NCBI GenBank assembly: GCA_963695385.1
Contig: OY968780.1
Span: 263,321-327,320 of the forward strand
Origin: an uncultured Coriobacteriia bacterium
GTDB taxonomy: Bacteria; Actinomycetota; Coriobacteriia; Anaerosomatales; PALSA-660
Direction: 5' to 3'
Length of the DNA stretch: 64,000 nt
The translations under genes and the position numbers were made by a program. The number at the start of each line of letters is the position of its first letter. The stretch's first letter is position 1. Positions 6,889 through 19,483 of the stretch are shown one piece after another. The notes beneath the pieces are model-generated. The model did not search any database and was not told the origin of the DNA. It was given only the letters and a program-made list of their open reading frames with translations.

Positions 6889-9213
6889 TCACGCGCGCTC
6901 CCTGATGCGCATGGACAGGTGGCCCAGGACGCCGGGGTCGTCGACAGGCTCTCCCTGAGCGTCGACGATATGGAAGACGTCGCGCACGACCCCCCCTCTC
7001 GTCGTCGCCCGCGCCCAACGGATGTCCAGGCCCGACTCGGATATCGCCCGTGCGATGTCGTGGAGCAGTCCCACCCGATCTGCCGCTGTCACGTAGAGCA
7101 CGGTTGCGTACGCCGCCGCGGCTTCGGTGGACACCGTCGTCTCGGCGGACGATCTTGGGGCGTAGTGACGCCGGCGTTCCGAGAGTCGCGCCTCGAGTTC
7201 CAGGTGGTCGTCGAGCGCAGCCGTCAGGTACCTTTCGAACGCGCTCCAAGTGCCCGTGTCGGCCGCGGCCAGGGTATCGGGCCGAACGACGAATGTGTCG
7301 AGGACCACGTCACCCGGCGCGGCGTAAGCATCTGCCGAGAGGATGTCCAGGCCCGCCAGCGCGAGGGCGCCCGCGATGGCGACGAATAGACCCGGACGGT
7401 CGGCCGCGGCCACGGTCAGACGCCACGTGCCGTGGACCGGCCCGGCGGTCACGGAGATACGCAGCCGCGGTCCGCCCCGGGTCCGCGCGACGTCGGCCGC
7501 CAAGGCGGCGTGCGCGGCTACGTCTCCGGGCGTCTGGGTCGCCAGGTACCTCAGGTGCGCTCCGCGGACGAACGATGCCGCCTCCGGAGCGGAGTCGCGT
7601 CCGAGCAGGGCGAGCGCGTGGGTTCGAACCTCCTCGGCGCGCGCGGCCACGCCGGCGCCTTCCACGTCCTCTGCGAGGGCCGCCGAGAGCCGGTCGGCAA
7701 GTTCGCCGAGGAGAGCCGCATGCCATGGCGTCCAGCCTCCGGGTCCGGTGGCCACGGAGTCGGCGGCGGTCAGCAGGTACAGACAGTCGACCAGGTGAGG
7801 CTGTCCGATCCGATCGGCGGCGCGAAGCAGGACGTCCTCATCGTGGACGTCCTGAGTCCCCGCTACCTCCGGGAGAAGCAGATGCTCCCGGATCAGGAGC
7901 ACCGCGTCCCGCGACCCCTCCTCCCCCAAGCCGAACCGGGGGAGGAGGGTCCGGGCGATCGCCGCCCCGCGCGCAGGGTGTCCGGGGCCGGACTGCACCT
8001 TGCCCGCGTCATGCAGAAGCGCCGCGGCCTGGAGGGCACGGACATCACCGATCCGCTCGAGGCGCTGCCTGGCGCCCGCATCGATCGCCGGCAGACCGGG
8101 TATGAAGGCGGCGCACCGCAGGCTGTGCGCCCCCACCGTGTAGGCGTGCGCCAAGCCCGGCCGCCGTATCGTCATCAGATCCCGGAGTCCCGGCCACAGG
8201 TCATCCAGACGGTCGGACCAAGCGGCTCGCTCGAGTTCCGGCAGCGAGCGCTCGCCTTCGTCCAGGAGCCGGAACAGCTCCGCGGGCGTCACGGGCGCCG
8301 ATCCGTGCGGCGCCAAGAGGTCCGCCGCACCCTCCTCGCGTGTGGACTTCCGAGTCGAACTCCGGAGCGCGCGCTCGCGCGTCTGCAACAGGATGTGGTG
8401 CACGTCCGCGAGGGCCGCCTGCACCGCGCTCACGTCCTGGCCGAGTTCCTCCGCCACATCCAGGCTCAACAGCGACGTAGGTCGCGGCGAGGCGAGGTGC
8501 AAAGCCCACCGCGCCGCGGTGATGCGCTCCGAGGCCACGGCGAGTACCGCGGCCTCGCCAGGCGAGAGCACCCCGAGCGCTACCAGCGGCGAAGGATCGC
8601 CGGCCGGCGTCCCGCTCAGGATCGCCGCCGTCCACGTAAGCTCATCGAGGTCGCGTTGACCGCCGGCCCCCTCCTTCAGGTCCGGCTCGAGCAGGTATGG
8701 TGACCCGGTCCGGTCGCGGGACCGCAGGATCTCGAGCAGACGCCGCGAGCGTCTACCGGCATCAGCGAACGTGTCGACGAGAAGCCGAAGCCCGAGGTCC
8801 GGGTCGCCGCACAGGACGCGTCCCGTCAGGGTGGCCGTCAGCGTCGCGATGTCGCTTCGCGCCGCTCGCGAGTGGTCTCGCCGTGACCGCACCTGGTGAC
8901 CGACCTGGAGACCCGAGTCCCACAGGGGGTAGAGCACCCGCTCCAGTGCGGGCCGAAGCTCCGTCGCCGGCGCGTCGGTGACCACCAGCAGGTCGAGATC
9001 GGAACCGGGAAGGAGCCGCCGAGCGCCCCAGCCGCCGAGGGCGAGCACGACCCATGGCGCCCGAAGGTCGGACAGCGCGATCTCCCCCATGCTCGAGACC
9101 GCGCTGTCGGTCAGTTCGCTCAGAGCGCGCGCGGCGGACCCGCCGGGCCGGGACGTCGCGATCAGCGACTCGCGCTCAGCCAGGTACACTCCGACCAGGT
9201 CGGCGGGCGTCAT
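6889..9213 (-). CDS. glnD: [Protein-PII] uridylyl/adenylyl-transferase GlnD (NTase + HD + 2 ACT domains)
   Basis: 'LALGGWGARRLLPGSDLDLLVV' is the NTase, 'LLHDAGK' the HD domain, and there are C-terminal ACT-like repeats. It lies downstream of glnK. The ORF extends to 9345, but that part overlaps glnK, so the start was taken at MTPADLVG. Confidence 0.9.
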   Translation of the reverse strand: MTPADLVGVYLAERESLIATSRPGGSAARALSELTDSAVSSMGEIALSDLRAPWVVLALGGWGARRLLPGSDLDLLVVTDAPATELRPALERVLYPLWDSGLQVGHQVRSRRDHSRAARSDIATLTATLTGRVLCGDPDLGLRLLVDTFADAGRRSRRLLEILRSRDRTGSPYLLEPDLKEGAGGQRDLDELTWTAAILSGTPAGDPSPLVALGVLSPGEAAVLAVASERITAARWALHLASPRPTSLLSLDVAEELGQDVSAVQAALADVHHILLQTRERALRSSTRKSTREEGAADLLAPHGSAPVTPAELFRLLDEGERSLPELERAAWSDRLDDLWPGLRDLMTIRRPGLAHAYTVGAHSLRCAAFIPGLPAIDAGARQRLERIGDVRALQAAALLHDAGKVQSGPGHPARGAAIARTLLPRFGLGEEGSRDAVLLIREHLLLPEVAGTQDVHDEDVLLRAADRIGQPHLVDCLYLLTAADSVATGPGGWTPWHAALLGELADRLSAALAEDVEGAGVAARAEEVRTHALALLGRDSAPEAASFVRGAHLRYLATQTPGDVAAHAALAADVARTRGGPRLRISVTAGPVHGTWRLTVAAADRPGLFVAIAGALALAGLDILSADAYAAPGDVVLDTFVVRPDTLAAADTGTWSAFERYLTAALDDHLELEARLSERRRHYAPRSSAETTVSTEAAAAYATVLYVTAADRVGLLHDIARAISESGLDIRWARATTRGGVVRDVFHIVDAQGEPVDDPGVLGHLSMRIRERA

Positions 9214-9265
9214 GTCTCCCTGCTTCCGCGCAGCGTCGCGCCGGGCGGTCGGGCTCGAGCCGGTG

Positions 9266-9634
<369 letters not shown>

Positions 9635-10861
9635 CTACAGTTCGTACCCGGTCTCCGCGTGCTCGGCTATGTCCAACCCCGCGGTCTCCACATCCTCGCT
9701 CACCCGCAGACCTATGGTCGCGTCGAGAACCTTCAGGATGAGGAGACTCACCACGAACGAGAAGGCCATGGTGGCCACGACCCCGACGGCCTGCTTCATG
9801 AGCAGAGAGGGATTCCCGGCGAGCAGCCCGTTCGCGCCCGCCGCATTGACCGCAGTGGTCGCGAACACGCCCGTCAGAAGCATGCCGGTCGTGGCGCCGA
9901 CGCCGTGGACGCCCACGACATCGAGAGCGTCGTCGAATCGGAAGCGGGTCTTGATCCGCAAGCCGAAGTAGCAAAGCACTCCGGCGGTCAGGCCTATGAA
10001 CAGCGCCGGGAGAGGCTCGACGTAGCCGGCGGCGGGCGTGATGGTGGCGAGTCCGGCCACCGCTCCGGATGCGGCGCCGAGCACGGTCGGCTTGCCCTCC
10101 GTGAACACTTCAGCCAGGTTCCACGCGAGGAGGCCAGCGGCTCCCGCGAGGTTCGTGGCGATGAAGGCAGAAGTCGCGAGCTCGCCCGACGACAGGGCCG
10201 AGCCCGCGTTGAACCCGAACCAGCCGAACCACAGGATGCCCGCGCCGAGCACCGACATCGGTATGTTGTGCGGACGAAGCTCGTCGGTGCCGTATCCGGC
10301 GCGCTTGCCGAGCATGATCGCGCAGGCCAGAGCGGCGGCGGCGGACGACACGTGCACAACAAGGCCTCCGGCGAAATCGAGCACTCCGAACTTCGCGAGC
10401 CACCCGCCGCCCCAAACCCAATGTGCCAGGGGACTGTAGACGAGGATCGCCCACAACGCCGCGAACGCCACGTAGGCCTTGAACTTCATGCGTTCGGCGA
10501 TGGCTCCGGTGATCAGCGCGACAGTGATGACCGCGAACATCCCCTGGTACATGGCGAAGGCACCGGTCGGGATCGCCGCGGAGCCCGTGCCGGTCACCGC
10601 ACCGAGGACGCCTCTGAGCCCGGCGAAGTCCAGCGAGCCGATGAGCCCGCCCTTGTCCGGACCGAATGCGAGTGTGTAGCCGACCAGCGCCCATATCACC
10701 GTGACAAGTCCCATGGCGAACAGGCTGTGCATGGTCGTGGACAGCACGTTCTTGCGACGCACCATCCCGGCATAGAAGAGCGCCAAGCCCGGCGTCATGA
10801 AGAGCACCATCGCTGTGGCGACAAGCATCCAGGCTGTGGAGCCGGTGTCGATAGGCGGCAT
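9635..10861 (-). CDS. amt: Ammonium transporter Amt (copy 1)
   Basis: 408 aa. Contains 'FYAGMVRRKN', 'DFAGGLVVH', 'WFGWFGFNAGSA' and '[13 protein letters not shown]'. Confidence 0.95.
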   Translation of the reverse strand: MPPIDTGSTAWMLVATAMVLFMTPGLALFYAGMVRRKNVLSTTMHSLFAMGLVTVIWALVGYTLAFGPDKGGLIGSLDFAGLRGVLGAVTGTGSAAIPTGAFAMYQGMFAVITVALITGAIAERMKFKAYVAFAALWAILVYSPLAHWVWGGGWLAKFGVLDFAGGLVVHVSSAAAALACAIMLGKRAGYGTDELRPHNIPMSVLGAGILWFGWFGFNAGSALSSGELATSAFIATNLAGAAGLLAWNLAEVFTEGKPTVLGAASGAVAGLATITPAAGYVEPLPALFIGLTAGVLCYFGLRIKTRFRFDDALDVVGVHGVGATTGMLLTGVFATTAVNAAGANGLLAGNPSLLMKQAVGVVATMAFSFVVSLLILKVLDATIGLRVSEDVETAGLDIAEHAETGYEL

Positions 10862-11040
10862 GTCCCCAGTCTCCCTCGGTCTCGATCCGCTGGCGACGGT
10901 TGTCCCAAGCGCGCATCAGACCGTACCGCGGACATGTTTCGTCGCGGTTTCCATGAGACGGCGGAGCGAAGAGCGGCATCAGAGCCGACGGGGGCGGCAA
11001 CGGGTACGCGGGTCGCCCCGATCCGCCACGCCGCCGCTCC

Positions 11041-12632
<1,592 letters not shown>

Positions 12633-12855
12633 TCGCGGTCTCCTTTCATAGCGGTCTGGCACCGCGGACGCTACGGTCGATTCCCAGATTGGCGTGCGCT
12701 TGTTTCGCTGCCATTTCTTCGGCATGAAACCTGCGGGCGCGATTGCCGGACGTCGGGTACCGGATGCTAGGATTGAGTGAAGCGAACGGGAGAGTGACGA
12801 AGGTGGATCGACGAGCAGCGTCGTGACGCCGGCGCGAGCAAGCCGGAGGAGCGGG

Positions 12856-13266
12856 ATGTCTGACCTGGAAGAGCTGTACGCCTTGGTGCCCACTTTCGAG
12901 TGCGAGCCCGGTTGCACCGAGTGCTGCGGGCCGGTCGTCTTCTCTCGCGAGGAATGGGACCGGCTCGAGGACAAGCGAGAATCGGATGGCGAGCGATGTC
13001 CGTATCTGGGATCGGACGGCTGCGAGATCTATGCGCAGCGGCCGATGATGTGCCGGATCTTCGGGACGAATCCAGACTGGGCCTGTCCCCGAGGTCGCGG
13101 GCCGGCCGAGCCGATCAACTGGATGCAGGCGTACTTCCTGCAGATGCAGGTGCTCGGGAGCGACCCTCCCCACTACCGGGGCGCCACCCACTGCGATGGT
13201 TTGAGAGAGCGGCTGGCCAACCACCAGAGGATGTCGGGCCAGTCGGCGGAGCCGCCCAAGAAGTGA
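12856..13266 (+). CDS. YkgJ-family (UPF0153, CxxCxxCC) cysteine-cluster protein
   Basis: Contains 'CEPGCTECCGPVVFS' and 'CPYLGSDGCEIYAQRPMMCRIFG'. GGAGGA lies upstream of ATG 12856. Confidence 0.7.
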   Translation: MSDLEELYALVPTFECEPGCTECCGPVVFSREEWDRLEDKRESDGERCPYLGSDGCEIYAQRPMMCRIFGTNPDWACPRGRGPAEPINWMQAYFLQMQVLGSDPPHYRGATHCDGLRERLANHQRMSGQSAEPPKK

Positions 13267-13347
13267 AGCTTGCGGAACACGAACTCTCGGCCTTCTGCGA
13301 TACTCGCTTCGACACGGACGTCCGCTATCGAAAGGTTGAAGGGAAAG

Positions 13348-13857
13348 ATGACCATGAGAAGGTCGCTTGGTGTTGTGCTGGCCGCCCTCGCCGTCGCTGC
13401 TCTGGTGGCTATGTCGGGCTGCCAGGCCGTCGCGCAAAAGGCTGTTGAATCCGCGACCGGCGTGAAGGTGAACAAGGACGGCAACTCGGTGTCGGTCCAG
13501 GGAAATGACGGGCAGAGCGTCACGATCGGCCAGAGCAACAAGTTGCCCGACGGCTTCCCGGAAGACGTCCCCGTCTACGATCCGGCCACCGTCACCAACT
13601 CGATGTCGCTCGCGTCGGACAAGGGCAGCACGTTCTCCGTGCAGCTCGAGACCGAGGACACCGTCGAGACCGTCTCTGCGTGGTACGACACCGAGCTGAA
13701 GGGCAAGGGCTGGACCATCAAGGGCACCATGAACTCCGCCGACAGCGGGGCTCTCATCACCAGCGAGAAGGCTGACCAGGTCCTGTCGGTGACGATCGCC
13801 CCGGGCTCCGGGTCCGACACCAAGACCACCATCGCGCTCACGTACGCTCCGAAGTAG
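13348..13857 (+). CDS. Lipoprotein of unknown function
   Basis: Signal peptide with lipobox 'LVAMSGC'. The rest is a Ser/Thr/Gly-rich soluble domain. Confidence 0.65.
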   Translation: MTMRRSLGVVLAALAVAALVAMSGCQAVAQKAVESATGVKVNKDGNSVSVQGNDGQSVTIGQSNKLPDGFPEDVPVYDPATVTNSMSLASDKGSTFSVQLETEDTVETVSAWYDTELKGKGWTIKGTMNSADSGALITSEKADQVLSVTIAPGSGSDTKTTIALTYAPK

Positions 13858-13887
13858 CCGGCGCGGGCTTCCACTCGCTGCGACGAC

Positions 13888-13919
13888 GCGCCCCGGCCTC
13901 CTCCAGGAGGCCGGGGCGC
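13888..13919 (+). terminator. Perfect 14-bp GC hairpin after the lipoprotein gene
   Basis: GCGCCCCGGCCTCC-tcca-GGAGGCCGGGGCGC. There is no clear T-tract. Confidence 0.55.
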
Positions 13920-14044
13920 CGTGCTGCCGTGCGCTCTCCGTCGAAACGAACGTATGTTCGTGTATCCTTGGGCGTAAGATGGAGTTTCGGCTGGGATCGG
14001 CCGTCCGCGGATGGTGCGGATAGCGAATCGGAAAGGATCGACAC

Positions 14045-16921
14045 TTGCCCCTCGACTACATCTCCATCCGGGGTGCCAGGGAACACAACCTGCGCGGCGT
14101 GGACCTGGACATCCCGCGCGACAAGCTCGTCGTCATCACCGGACTGTCCGGCTCCGGCAAGAGCTCGCTGGCGTTCGACACTGTGTATGCGGAGGGTCAG
14201 CGCCGCTATGTGGAGTCGCTGTCGGCGTATGCGCGGCAGTTCCTCGGGCAGATGCAGAAGCCGGACGTGGACCACATAGAGGGCCTGAGCCCGGCGGTCT
14301 CCATCGATCAGAAGACGACTTCGCGAAACCCGCGATCCACGGTGGGCACCGTGACCGAGATCTACGATTACCTTCGTCTGCTGTATGCGAGGGTCGGCAT
14401 ACCGCACTGCCCCACCTGCGGCAGGGTGATCGAGCGACAGACGCCGCAGCAGATCGTCGACCGCGTCATGGAGATGACGAGCGGGGCGAAGTTCACCGTG
14501 CTGTCGCCGGTGGTCAAGGGACGCAAGGGCGAATACGGCAAGCTGCTCGACGACCTCAAGAAGGAAGGCTTCACGCGAGTGCGCGTGGACGGGCAGGTCC
14601 GCGGGCTCGACGAGGAGATCGTGCTCGACAAGAAGTACCGGCACGACATCGAGGTGGTCATAGACCGCCTCGTGATGAAGCCGGGTATCGAGCAGAGGCT
14701 CACCGAGTCGGTCGAGATGGCGCTGAAGCTGGCCGGCGGGACTCTCATCGTGGCGCCGGAGGACGCCGAGGAGATCTCGTTCTCGCAGGCCTTCTCGTGC
14801 CCCGTGCACGGCGTGAGCATGGACGAGCCCCAACCGCGCGACTTCTCCTTCAACAGTCCCTATGGGGCCTGCCCGGAGTGCACCGGCCTCGGCAGCCGCC
14901 TGGAGCCCGATCCGGATCTCATCGTGCCCGACCCTTCGCGGTCGCTGAACGAGGGGGCCATCAAGCCCTTCTCCGGCGGACAGACCTACTATCCTCAGCT
15001 CGTGGCGGCCGTAGCCAGGCATTTCGGCATTTCCGAGGACGCCACGTGGTCGGACCTGCCCAAGAACGTCCGTGACGCGTACCTCTTCGGGCTCGGTGAC
15101 CAGCGGATCCGGATCGACTACACCACGCGCGACGGACGCGAGACGCACTGGTTCTCGCGCTTCGAGGGCGCGCTGCATTCCATCAAGCGGCGCTGGGAGG
15201 AGACCGAATCCGACGGCAGTCGCGAGAAGCTCGAGGAGTACATGTCCGTCGTGCCGTGCGCTGCATGCGGAGGCGCGAGGCTGAAGCCGGAGATACTGGC
15301 CGTGACGTTCGGCGGGCGCAACGTGGCCGAGGTCACCGCTCTGTCCGCGAAGGATTCACTCGCGTTCTTCTCCGGCGTCGAGCTCACGGAGCGCGAGGAG
15401 CACATCGCGCGGCTCGTCATCAAGGAGATCATGGAGAGGCTGCGGTTCCTGGTCGACGTGGGCCTGGACTACCTCACGCTGGAGCGCGCGACCGCCACGC
15501 TGTCGGGTGGCGAGGCGCAGCGCATCCGCCTGGCCACACAGATCGGGTCGGGCCTGATGGGGGTGCTCTACATCCTGGACGAACCGTCCATCGGCCTTCA
15601 TCAGCGGGACAACGCGCGCCTCATCGGTACGCTTCTGCGTCTGCGCGACCTGGGCAACACCGTCATCGTGGTCGAGCACGACGAGGAGACGATCCGCGCG
15701 GCTGACTTCGTGGTCGACATGGGCCCCGGAGCCGGGGAGCACGGAGGAGGGATCGTCTGCGCGGGATCGCCCGAGGAGATAATGGCCTCGCCCGAATCGC
15801 TGACCGGCGAGTACCTGTCAGGAGCGCGCAGCATCCCCATGCCGACTTCCCGCCGCGAGACGGACCGCGGGGCGATCCGCATAGTGGGTGCGCGGCAGAA
15901 CAACCTGAAGGATCTCACGCTGGACATCCCGCTGGGCTCCTTCGTGGTCGTGACCGGTGTGTCCGGATCAGGCAAGAGCTCGCTGGTGAGCGACACGCTC
16001 GCTCCCGCGCTGACGAACGCGGTCGTTCGCACTCGCAGGCGCACGGGGAAGTACGAACGCATCGAGGGCCTGAGGGAGATCGACAAGGTCATCGTCATCG
16101 ATCAGTCGCCGATCGGTCGCACTCCGAGGTCCAACCCCGCCACCTACATCGGTCTTTGGGATGACATCCGCTCCCTCTTCGCCTCGACCCACGAGGCCAA
16201 GGCGCGCGGCTACTCCCCGGGCCGGTTCTCTTTCAACGTGGCCGGCGGCCGCTGCGAGGCCTGCAAGGGCGACGGCCAGATCAAGATAGAGATGCACTTC
16301 CTGCCGGATGTCTATGTCCCATGCGAGGTGTGCAAAGGCACTCGCTACAACCGTGAGACGCTGCAGATCACCTACAAGGGACGCAACGTGTCGGACGTGC
16401 TCGACATGTCGGTCGAGGAGGCCGTGCACTTCTTCGAGAACATCCCGCCCATCAAGCGGAAACTGCAGACGCTGTATGACGTCGGGCTGGGCTACGTGAA
16501 GCTCGGTCAGCCGGCCACCACCCTCTCCGGCGGCGAGGCGCAGCGCGTCAAGCTGTCGAGCGAGCTGCAGCGGCGGTCGACCGGACGCACCTTCTACGTC
16601 CTCGACGAGCCGACCACAGGCCTGCATTTCGACGACGTGCGTCAGCTGTTGGTGGTTCTGCAGAGACTTGTCGACGCCGGCAACACGGTGCTGGTCATCG
16701 AGCACAACCTGGACGTGGTCAAGTCCGCGGACTGGGTCATCGACCTCGGACCGGAGGGCGGCGACCGCGGCGGAGAGATCGTCGTTGTCGGGACCCCGGA
16801 GCAGATCGCGGCGCACCCGACATCACACACTGGGCGCTTCCTGAAGCCGGTGCTCGAAGGACGGGGAGCCAGCGTGGCGCCGGAGGGGGATCTCGCGACG
16901 CCGGTGACGTCAGGGGGCTAG
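14045..16921 (+). CDS. uvrA: Excinuclease ABC subunit A
   Basis: 958 aa. It has two ABC modules ('[13 protein letters not shown]', '[11 protein letters not shown]', 'LSGGEAQR' twice) and zinc-finger Cys clusters. Confidence 0.97.
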   Translation: MPLDYISIRGAREHNLRGVDLDIPRDKLVVITGLSGSGKSSLAFDTVYAEGQRRYVESLSAYARQFLGQMQKPDVDHIEGLSPAVSIDQKTTSRNPRSTVGTVTEIYDYLRLLYARVGIPHCPTCGRVIERQTPQQIVDRVMEMTSGAKFTVLSPVVKGRKGEYGKLLDDLKKEGFTRVRVDGQVRGLDEEIVLDKKYRHDIEVVIDRLVMKPGIEQRLTESVEMALKLAGGTLIVAPEDAEEISFSQAFSCPVHGVSMDEPQPRDFSFNSPYGACPECTGLGSRLEPDPDLIVPDPSRSLNEGAIKPFSGGQTYYPQLVAAVARHFGISEDATWSDLPKNVRDAYLFGLGDQRIRIDYTTRDGRETHWFSRFEGALHSIKRRWEETESDGSREKLEEYMSVVPCAACGGARLKPEILAVTFGGRNVAEVTALSAKDSLAFFSGVELTEREEHIARLVIKEIMERLRFLVDVGLDYLTLERATATLSGGEAQRIRLATQIGSGLMGVLYILDEPSIGLHQRDNARLIGTLLRLRDLGNTVIVVEHDEETIRAADFVVDMGPGAGEHGGGIVCAGSPEEIMASPESLTGEYLSGARSIPMPTSRRETDRGAIRIVGARQNNLKDLTLDIPLGSFVVVTGVSGSGKSSLVSDTLAPALTNAVVRTRRRTGKYERIEGLREIDKVIVIDQSPIGRTPRSNPATYIGLWDDIRSLFASTHEAKARGYSPGRFSFNVAGGRCEACKGDGQIKIEMHFLPDVYVPCEVCKGTRYNRETLQITYKGRNVSDVLDMSVEEAVHFFENIPPIKRKLQTLYDVGLGYVKLGQPATTLSGGEAQRVKLSSELQRRSTGRTFYVLDEPTTGLHFDDVRQLLVVLQRLVDAGNTVLVIEHNLDVVKSADWVIDLGPEGGDRGGEIVVVGTPEQIAAHPTSHTGRFLKPVLEGRGASVAPEGDLATPVTSGG

Positions 16922-17874
16922 GTGTACTGCCCAGACACGTTGTTGACACTGGGCACCCGTGAAATCGGTGGTAGACCGCCAATGCCGCCGTGCGGACGCC
17001 TGTGATTGTAGTTGAAGACCCAGCGAGGGAGCGCCGCCAGGCGCTCCCCGTTGCTGTCATAGGGTTTGGCGTAGGCCCAGGCGTTGATGAGCATCCGGAT
17101 GAAGCGCTCGGCCTTGCCGTTTGTCTGCGGTCGATACGGACGCGTGTGTGACCGCTTCACGCCGTGCTCCTCGAGCACAGCGAGCTGGGCGTGTGAGTAG
17201 TAGGACATCGCGTTGTCGGTGAGCAGCCTCCTGACCTCTATGCCGAGCGAGGCGTAGTGGCCGATGGCCCGCCTCGTGAACCCGGCTACCGTCTCGGCCC
17301 GCTCGTCGGCGTGCACCTCGACGTAGGCTAGGCGTGAGTGGTCGTCGATGGCCACATGGAGGAAGTCGAACCCGCCGCCGACATTGCGCTTCTTTGCCAC
17401 GCGACCTCCGAACCTCCAGCCGCCACCCTCGCCCAGGCGCCCGAGCTTCTTGACGTCTATGTGGATGAGGTCGCCGGGTGAGGCGTGCTCGTAGCGCACG
17501 GCAGGGGGCCTGGGTTCACGGTCCAGATCACGCAGGCGTCCGTGACCGTTGCGAGCCAGGACCGCATAGACCGTGGAGCGCGGGATGCCCGTGTTCCAAG
17601 AGATCGCGAGCGGGCCTTCCTTCTGCCTGCGCCGACGCCAGATCCTGCGGAAGTCGCGGGGGCTGATGCGCTGTCGGATCCGCTCCGGGCGGCTCGACCG
17701 GTCGTGCAGACCCGACTCGCCCCAGGTCCTGAACCGTCCGAGCCACTTGTGCGCGGTCTGTCGGGAGATGCCGGCGGCGCGGGCGGCATCGGTGACCGTC
17801 CACGCCTGTTCGGCCACACGCCTGCACAGCAGTCTGCGGCCGAGAACGGTCAGCGGGGCGTTAGGATGTGACAC
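16918..17874 (-). CDS. IS481-family transposase
   Basis: '[14 protein letters not shown]...[20 protein letters not shown]...[11 protein letters not shown]...[17 protein letters not shown]...[12 protein letters not shown]'. The stop codon lies in the flanking CTAG. Confidence 0.9.
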   Translation of the reverse strand: MSHPNAPLTVLGRRLLCRRVAEQAWTVTDAARAAGISRQTAHKWLGRFRTWGESGLHDRSSRPERIRQRISPRDFRRIWRRRRQKEGPLAISWNTGIPRSTVYAVLARNGHGRLRDLDREPRPPAVRYEHASPGDLIHIDVKKLGRLGEGGGWRFGGRVAKKRNVGGGFDFLHVAIDDHSRLAYVEVHADERAETVAGFTRRAIGHYASLGIEVRRLLTDNAMSYYSHAQLAVLEEHGVKRSHTRPYRPQTNGKAERFIRMLINAWAYAKPYDSNGERLAALPRWVFNYNHRRPHGGIGGLPPISRVPSVNNVSGQYT

Positions 17875-17965
17875 GAGGGCCCTCCTTGCTCAGTTGTTGG
17901 CTTCAGCACCTACAACCGAACGGGAAGGCCCTCGTTCATGTCAACAACCTATGTGGGCAGTACAC
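16922..17965 (-). mobile_element. IS481-family insertion sequence (copy 2, a distinct relative of copy 1)
   Basis: Inverted repeats are GTGTACTGCCCAGACACGTTGTTG (left) and the reverse complement of the right end, GTGTACTGCCCACATAGGTTGTTG (21/24 match). It is flanked by CTAG(G) on both sides (16918..16921 and 17966..17969). Confidence 0.85.
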
Positions 17966-18005
17966 CTAGGCAGGCATTGGCTCGCGCCCGTCAGACACCG
18001 CGGTC

Positions 18006-19250
18006 CTACGGGCCTACCGGGGTCGTGGCGGGCACGGAGGGGCCTACAGGGGTCGTGGTCGGCGCGGAGTGGCCCACGTAGAAGGCGACACCCTTGTAGC
18101 GGAAGCTCGCGCGGCGCCCTGCGGTCAGTCGCTTCTTCGTCGACGCGTAGCGCGTCAAGAGGATGCCGTGCGTCCTCTTGTGCTCAAGGCGATAGATCGG
18201 AGCACCCGTTCCGGCCGTTGTGGACACGCGCCCGACCGTCCCGCTCGACACCCACACGCGGGGCCGCACGGACAGGAACGCGTCGCGCATCCTCGTGGAC
18301 GCCGTGTACTGGTACCGGTGCGTCCGGGTGTTGCGCAGCCGGTAGAGGGGTTTCGCATTGACCGGCGAACTCGTGTCGATGCTGAACGCGGTTCCTCCGT
18401 AGGACCACGTGTGCGACGACTTGGCCTTCAGACTGTAGCGGGTGCCCTCGGAGATGGTGTACAGATATGCGCCCGTCGAGCGGTTGCGGAACCGGTAGAC
18501 CGGTCGGAGACGCGGAGCCCTGCGGGGGTCGCCGAAGTAGCGAACATAGACGTCCCAGACGAGCTTCTGCGGGTAGTACGGCGTGTAGATGTAGAGGGCG
18601 AAGGTCGACGCGTTCCGGGGCCGGATCGTCTTGCGGTAGGAGATGCGCCTGGCATACTCGACGACCTCCCCGTCGACCGTCTTGGTCGCCGTGATGGACC
18701 TGCGGGCGTGAACGGTCCTGGTCGCGCCGGGGAACCAGCCGTATGTGACCTCGTACGTGGACAGCAGGCGAGCGCCGTTCCAGACCTGCCTGCCGAAGCC
18801 CGGGAACCGGTTCTTGGTCTTGCCGGTGATCGGGTCGATGCCGTAGACGCCGCATCCCATGGCCTTCAGCAGCCGCGCGTGGTTGCCCGAGTTGCTGACC
18901 GTGAGCAGGCTCTGTTCCTTCTGCAGTGTCGCCAGAATGATCTTCGGATTCATGTTCCAGGAGCGCGCTGCCTCCCAGATGATCCGGGCGGCCGTCTTCT
19001 TCTTTCCGTTGTGGTCGGCGGCCACGACCGACTTCAGGGGCCCGGGAAGGGCCTCGAGGAAGGTCTGGACGTCGGCGACGGTCATGGAGGACGAAGCGCG
19101 GTACGTGTCGTAGGGGATCACGTCGAGCGGGTCGTAGGTGGCGGCGACCGCAGGCGATGCGAGAGTGAGAAGCACGCAGGCCGCCAGCGCCAGCGCCGCG
19201 GAGGCTGATCGCAGCCGGAAGGTCCGCACGAGGTCATCGAGTGCCTTCAC
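18006..19250 (-). CDS. Secreted protein: N-terminal cell-wall-enzyme-like domain plus C-terminal YRxxNxxTGxxxYT-type repeats
   Basis: Signal peptide 'AALALAACVLLTLASPAVAA'. Contains 'PKIILATLQKEQSLL'. There are four degenerate repeats (VYRFRNRSTGAYLYT, LYRLRNTRTHRYQYT, IYRLEHKRTHGILLT, FRYKGVAFYV). Function not established. Confidence 0.5.
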   Translation of the reverse strand: MKALDDLVRTFRLRSASAALALAACVLLTLASPAVAATYDPLDVIPYDTYRASSSMTVADVQTFLEALPGPLKSVVAADHNGKKKTAARIIWEAARSWNMNPKIILATLQKEQSLLTVSNSGNHARLLKAMGCGVYGIDPITGKTKNRFPGFGRQVWNGARLLSTYEVTYGWFPGATRTVHARRSITATKTVDGEVVEYARRISYRKTIRPRNASTFALYIYTPYYPQKLVWDVYVRYFGDPRRAPRLRPVYRFRNRSTGAYLYTISEGTRYSLKAKSSHTWSYGGTAFSIDTSSPVNAKPLYRLRNTRTHRYQYTASTRMRDAFLSVRPRVWVSSGTVGRVSTTAGTGAPIYRLEHKRTHGILLTRYASTKKRLTAGRRASFRYKGVAFYVGHSAPTTTPVGPSVPATTPVGP

Positions 19251-19483
19251 GGAGATCGCCTCTATCCTGGGAACGTCCCGCCGGCCGGGACGCGATGGGT
19301 GCTGTCGGAACCCCTATGATAGCGAGTCGCCGGCTGCCCGGCACGCGACAGGCGGCGTGCGCGGTGGGGAGCGCACGATCGACCGGATCGCTCTGGGTAG
19401 GAGATTCGGGACGGATCCGGTCGATCCGTCGCGGGTGCCATGCTCGGCCCACCGTGGGGTCGCGCACGTTCGAGAGGCTGTCA

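Noticed and set aside
12657-12671. TGGCAC-CGCGG-ACGC as a sigma-54 promoter near amt copy 2
   Set aside because: The -12 element (TTGC) is absent, and the motif is on the strand opposite to amt/glnK.
19251-19483. c-di-AMP (ydaO-type) or purine riboswitch upstream of the cell-wall-type secreted protein or guaD
   Set aside because: There are only short resemblances (for example CCGACAGC). The conserved ydaO or purine-riboswitch cores could not be laid onto either strand. The inverted repeat is kept only as an unexplained finding.
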